11,125 bases of DNA from Opitutales bacterium (GTDB lineage Bacteria; Verrucomicrobiota; Verrucomicrobiia; Opitutales; JABSRG01): positions 1 to 11,125 of the forward strand of contig JBMYOQ010000108.1 of the NCBI GenBank assembly GCA_049599475.1, written 5' to 3'. Within the stretch, counting starts at the first letter, position 1, and each line of letters opens with the position of its first letter. This document shows positions 7,883 through 11,125 of this stretch, in pieces. The translations under genes and the position numbers were made by a program. The notes under the pieces were generated by a model. It was given only the letters and a program-made list of their open reading frames with translations. It was not told the origin of the DNA and searched no databases.

Positions 7883-8386
7883 TTAGATTAGTTCATTCAA
7901 TTTGGGACAAAAAAGCGCCACCTGGACCTTACCAAAGTCGGTCGACAACTCTGAAAGTGAAAGGGATCCTTCTTTATGGCCCGTCATCCATTGGCCTGCA
8001 TCAATTATGATGGGGCTCGACAGACTGATATCCATGGCATTGGGGTCGAGGTCGGCAGTCGCATTGCCCACGATGATATTTGAAATATCCCCAGCGGTTT
8101 CAGATAGGGCGCTCGAAACTTCCGCCTCAGCTATTTCAATGTCCTCAGTATACTTCGAGAAAACGGTTTCTATAAGACTCTGCTCAAAGCTGAAGACCAC
8201 AAAGATGTCCACACCCGTGGAGATATTCACCATTGAGGTCACATCCTTGAGGGGAAGACGCTTGGGCCTTTCATCCTGATGAATGAGCTCAGTGACCGGA
8301 ACATGCATTTCTGCCTCTAGATAACGCTCCAACCTCTGCGGGATCCTTCGCGCCAACTTATTGATATCTTTTAATGAAGGATTCAT
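7883..8386 (-). CDS. cheX: CheX/CheC-family phosphatase-like protein
   Basis: Pattern VTSMVNISTGVDIFVVFSFEQSL ... SALSETAGDISNIIVGNA ... ISLSSPIII ... FGKVQVAL matches the CheX fold. It lies directly upstream of the CheY-like gene. Start is the ATG at 8386; the track's 8389 is a TTG. Confidence 0.82.
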   Translation of the reverse strand: MNPSLKDINKLARRIPQRLERYLEAEMHVPVTELIHQDERPKRLPLKDVTSMVNISTGVDIFVVFSFEQSLIETVFSKYTEDIEIAEAEVSSALSETAGDISNIIVGNATADLDPNAMDISLSSPIIIDAGQWMTGHKEGSLSLSELSTDFGKVQVALFCPKLNELI

Positions 8387-8425
8387 CAATTTATTGGCGA
8401 TAAGTCGGAAAAGGACCCACGGCCT

Positions 8426-8857
8426 TTATCGAGAAATTGGGACAATGGTCATCCAGTCCTGAACTTTCGACTCAGGGATACACGCCAGAGCCCCAGGATT
8501 TTTTTTCATAAAGAGAAACAAATCCGAGTCATTCTGAAAGCGTTTCGCTTTGAACCCTCGACCAGTAAAGGCCAAGCGCGTCCAAATATTCTTCAAACGC
8601 CCGAAGGGAATTTGACTCTCCGACTCCAGGCATTTGATCGTCTCTGCATCCGAGGAAAACGCGAGACGCGTGGGATCCCCGTTCTCCCAGTATCGAACCT
8701 CACCTTTGATAATCCCCGCTAAATTTACATCATTTAGATTCTCAACGGTGTTTTGAGCATGGATCACAAAGACGCTGCGAGCTTCGCAAACCAAAGCTCC
8801 CTGGAATATCAGCACTATGCCCAAAAGCGCTGTGACTGTTCGCCGTCCAAGCCTCAT
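8426..8857 (-). CDS. Small exported protein resembling one lobe of a PstS-like periplasmic binding protein
   Basis: Signal peptide MRLGRRTVTALLGIVLIFQGALVCEA. VFVIHAQNTVENLNDVNLAGIIKGEVRYWENG resembles the PstS segment 'vivn..npv..Ls..ql..If.G.i..W'. FMKKNPGALACI resembles 'v..npgaigyv'. At 143 aa it is far shorter than a two-lobed PstS. Confidence 0.75.
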   Translation of the reverse strand: MRLGRRTVTALLGIVLIFQGALVCEARSVFVIHAQNTVENLNDVNLAGIIKGEVRYWENGDPTRLAFSSDAETIKCLESESQIPFGRLKNIWTRLAFTGRGFKAKRFQNDSDLFLFMKKNPGALACIPESKVQDWMTIVPISR

Positions 8858-8860
8858 TTT

Positions 8861-10132
8861 CTAGAAACTCAAGGTTACTTTGAAGGCGAGTCCGAGCGTA
8901 GTATCATAGACCCTGCTGGACGGAAATCGCTCCGTGAGCGTATTGCGCGAATCCCCCACGATTCTCAGCTTCTGCTGCCAGTGCGCCTCCATCTTTAGGA
9001 GTGTAGATTCCCTCCACTGATAGCTGAATCCCAAGGCCAGATTGCGGAAGTTGTGCATGTTCGAAACCAATCTGTCTTCTACCAGCTCAGACCCATCTCG
9101 ATCCGAAGAATCCGCATAATACTCCGTGTAATACGTACCAATGCTCAACTTATCAGATATAAATCGCTCCGCCGAGACATACCAACCGTCCAAGTTCGTG
9201 GAATCTCCGAAACCAGAGGAATTTGGGGGAACTCCATCCAAAAAAACACGCCCATCCGAAGACCTCCCCGCCAGATACTCGGCCCGGAACACCCAATCGT
9301 CCATGACATACTCGGAGGACAGAACGTGCCAGGAGAGCGAACTCTCCGAATAGTAATCTTGTACCGGCAAGCCCTCCGCGAGAGACATATCACCTCGGAT
9401 ACTGAAGTCATTGTAGCGCGCATAGCTGTAAGCCAGAGTCAGCCCGAAATTTGAGTACCAACGAAGCTGGCCGCCATAGATAGTATCCAGGCCAATAGCA
9501 GGATTCGTAAAGGTGCCTTCAAAGGACTGAAAAGCGATCGTCGAGATTGCATCAAAAACATCCTGATCATCAAAATCGATATCCCCTCCATACAAATCAT
9601 AGGAAAACGAACCCCAGTTCTCCGTATCGACGGTCCCATAGACCGAAAAGCCATCAATCGAGGTGTTGATGTCTCGCAGGTCGAGAACATAGACGCCCGC
9701 CGGCAAACGAATAAATGTACGGGTAGCATCAATATCAATGGTCTCTAGGAAGAAACCCTCCTTGCGCCGAATCCGTCCAGCCCGCAACCCAAACTCCTGA
9801 GTGACCTCATGATCGAGGTAGAGGTAGTCTAGCTTAGGATCAATATCGTCATCATCCCCCAAATGGAATACGAACACCTGCCCGCTGATAAGCGTCTTAT
9901 CAAACGGAAAGATCGAGGCATTCAAAGCAGCCTCAAACAGCTCCACATGCTGCTCGCCCTCATTCAGCCCTTGCTCACCATCCTGAAGAAGTATACCGCC
10001 GCTCACAAAGCCACGGAAAGTTGGTTTTAGATCGATAGCCCAGAGACAGGGAGTCACCGCTAGCGCCAAAATTAGGGCCACGAGCCATCTTCTGAGAATG
10101 GCAAATTTATTGGCAGAAGTCTGAAAATCCAT
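8861..10132 (-). CDS. Outer-membrane beta-barrel (porin-like) protein
   Basis: N-terminal signal peptide ending ...TPCLWA. Many amphipathic beta-strands rich in aromatics and Gly (LDYLYLDH, FGLRAGRIR, DGWYVSAERF, LALGFSYQW). C-terminal beta-signal LAFKVTLSF ends in Phe. Confidence 0.82.
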   Translation of the reverse strand: MDFQTSANKFAILRRWLVALILALAVTPCLWAIDLKPTFRGFVSGGILLQDGEQGLNEGEQHVELFEAALNASIFPFDKTLISGQVFVFHLGDDDDIDPKLDYLYLDHEVTQEFGLRAGRIRRKEGFFLETIDIDATRTFIRLPAGVYVLDLRDINTSIDGFSVYGTVDTENWGSFSYDLYGGDIDFDDQDVFDAISTIAFQSFEGTFTNPAIGLDTIYGGQLRWYSNFGLTLAYSYARYNDFSIRGDMSLAEGLPVQDYYSESSLSWHVLSSEYVMDDWVFRAEYLAGRSSDGRVFLDGVPPNSSGFGDSTNLDGWYVSAERFISDKLSIGTYYTEYYADSSDRDGSELVEDRLVSNMHNFRNLALGFSYQWRESTLLKMEAHWQQKLRIVGDSRNTLTERFPSSRVYDTTLGLAFKVTLSF

Positions 10133-10184
10133 GGAAGTTCTATATCAAAAATGCGAAATCACTCTCAAAAGAGCATCTACACAT

Positions 10185-10212
10185 TATTCGACAAGGCCCC
10201 ACGCATCCTTAG
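10185..10212 (-). promoter_or_regulatory. Possible sigma28 (FliA)-like promoter for the five-gene signalling operon
   Basis: The minus strand reads CTAAG-GATGCGTGGGGCCTT(15 nt)-GTCGAATA versus consensus TAAA-N15-GCCGATAA (3/4 and 5/8 matches, exact spacing), about 52 nt upstream of the porin ATG. Confidence 0.35.
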
Positions 10213-10336
10213 CGAGACTTCCAATTCATAACGCAAAAAACGACATTCTTTCCCCTTGGGTCCCAACGACACCCGAAACGTGCTTACCTAGCAGTAGCCC
10301 ATTGATGGACTCTGGATACCCAAAGATTCAGCATCC

Positions 10337-10371
10337 AAAAAACGAGACCTGCCCGTCCGGGCAAGCCTCGT
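10337..10371 (-). terminator. Rho-independent terminator after the beta-trefoil-like gene pair
   Basis: Minus strand ACGAGGCTTGCCC-GGAC-GGGCAGGTCTCGT-TTTTT: 13-bp stem with two G-U pairs that form only on the minus strand, plus a U tail, about 10 nt after the stop at 10381. Confidence 0.85.
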
Positions 10372-10380
10372 GCGCGAAAT

Positions 10381-10815
10381 TTAGCCCGCATTTACGCCGC
10401 CAAAAATCGCTTCATTCGGCGTCCGCTCCTTGGCCTGATCTAGTGGCTGATTCAATGGCATGTTCAACGACGCCGAGACCTGGTAGCCATTATTCGGATC
10501 CGCATAGAGGAATTTCAATGCAGACGAGGAGAAATAGACGGCATCTGTAGCCCTTTCATCGAGCACGTTTCCAAATGTGACCACAGCGGATGGGTCCAAC
10601 TTATCGCTATCGGAAACAACGAGGTTTCCTGAATCGCCATCGACCACGACATAATTGCCATTGTAGGTGAAGACATGGGCACCGGATTGATTGCCGACAT
10701 TGAACACACTCGCGGAATCAGATTCAACGTCTGCGTAGATTGTATTGTCATCGGCAACACGCCAAAAATGATCGTTGGTCCCGTGGATACGGATCTTATT
10801 CGTAATGGTAGACAT
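10381..10815 (-). CDS. Hypothetical 144-aa protein, fascin-like beta-trefoil candidate, no signal peptide
   Basis: The ATG at 10815 is preceded by TAAGGTT (SD-like). Three quasi-repeats: IRIHGTNDHFWRVADDNTIYA, VFTYNGNYVVVDGDSGNLVVS and YFSSSALKFLYADPNNGYQVSAS. A terminator follows. The fold call is pattern-based only. Confidence 0.7.
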   Translation of the reverse strand: MSTITNKIRIHGTNDHFWRVADDNTIYADVESDSASVFNVGNQSGAHVFTYNGNYVVVDGDSGNLVVSDSDKLDPSAVVTFGNVLDERATDAVYFSSSALKFLYADPNNGYQVSASLNMPLNQPLDQAKERTPNEAIFGGVNAG

Positions 10816-10845
10816 TTTTATTAACCTTAATTTTTGTATTGGCAA

Positions 10846-11124
10846 TTAAACACTTTCCGCGACAAAGAGCGCAGTCTCCGGAACATTTTGAGCGGCCTCG
10901 ATCAACGTAGAATCTGGCTCAACTCTCAGGGAAGGGCTCAGCACCCGATCAATGCTGTTCCCGGCATCGACAAAGTTGAACCCAATTGAGGACAAGAGTA
11001 CAAAAGCTCCCGGTGCCTGCTGATTCAAACCGATTTGGGAAAACGCGGATGAATACTGCATATCCGGCCCTCCGACCTTCATTCTCACGAGAGACAGGTC
11101 AATAAAAACGTAGTCTCCATTATA
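10846..11124 (-). CDS. C-terminal 92 aa of a gene truncated by the window edge; divergent paralog of 10381..10815
   Basis: The frame is open to the window end (YNGDYVFIDLSLVRMKVGG...ETALFVAESV*), so the GTG at 11088 is probably not the true start. It aligns by hand to the downstream protein with one gap. Confidence 0.72.
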   Translation of the reverse strand, partial: YNGDYVFIDLSLVRMKVGGPDMQYSSAFSQIGLNQQAPGAFVLLSSIGFNFVDAGNSIDRVLSPSLRVEPDSTLIEAAQNVPETALFVAESV

Positions 11125-11125
11125 A

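Noticed and set aside
8426..8857. Calling this pstS or part of a phosphate ABC transporter
   Set aside because: It is less than half the PstS length and no pstC/A/B or phoU genes are adjacent.
10131..10550. 139-aa + strand ORF spanning the intergenic region
   Set aside because: It has a Pro/Ser/His-rich, non-protein-like composition, runs antisense through a terminator and the 10381..10815 gene, and its start abuts the porin start with no room for a promoter.
484..10760. Remaining short overlapping or antisense ORFs in the track (e.g. 484..780, 2867..3277, 3737..4000, 6352..6699, 7902..8279, 9053..9454, 10515..10760)
   Set aside because: They are shadow frames of well-supported genes and show no recognisable motifs.
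1..11125. CRISPR arrays, tRNA/rRNA, riboswitches, IS elements or integrases
   Set aside because: I saw no regularly spaced repeats, cloverleaf or known riboswitch patterns, terminal inverted repeats or transposase motifs by eye. An Rfam/Infernal scan of 1-259 and 10133-10336 would be needed to exclude structured RNAs.

Overview
An 11.1 kb bacterial window, probably PVC superphylum (Verrucomicrobiota/Opitutales-like); this is inferred from the PEP-CTERM protein and gene content. The left half (+ strand) is mostly housekeeping: a secreted PEP-CTERM protein with an intrinsic terminator, a HIT-like protein, an ECF sigma factor with a membrane anti-sigma candidate, dtd, mpg and fabV. The right half (- strand) holds the main point of interest, a compact five-gene operon: outer-membrane beta-barrel -> small exported single-lobe PstS/PBP-like protein -> CheX-like phosphatase -> stand-alone CheY-like receiver -> membrane-anchored kinase (TM-sensor-TM-HAMP-PAS-like-Hpt-CheA-type HATPase, no CheW domain). 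The operon has no MCP, CheW, CheR/B or ABC permease and is preceded by a possible sigma28-like promoter. It looks like a self-contained trans-envelope signalling system. At the right edge are two tandem, divergent paralogous small genes with fascin-like beta-trefoil patterns, the upstream one truncated by the window, followed by a terminator. No rRNA, tRNA, CRISPR array or mobile element was recognised.
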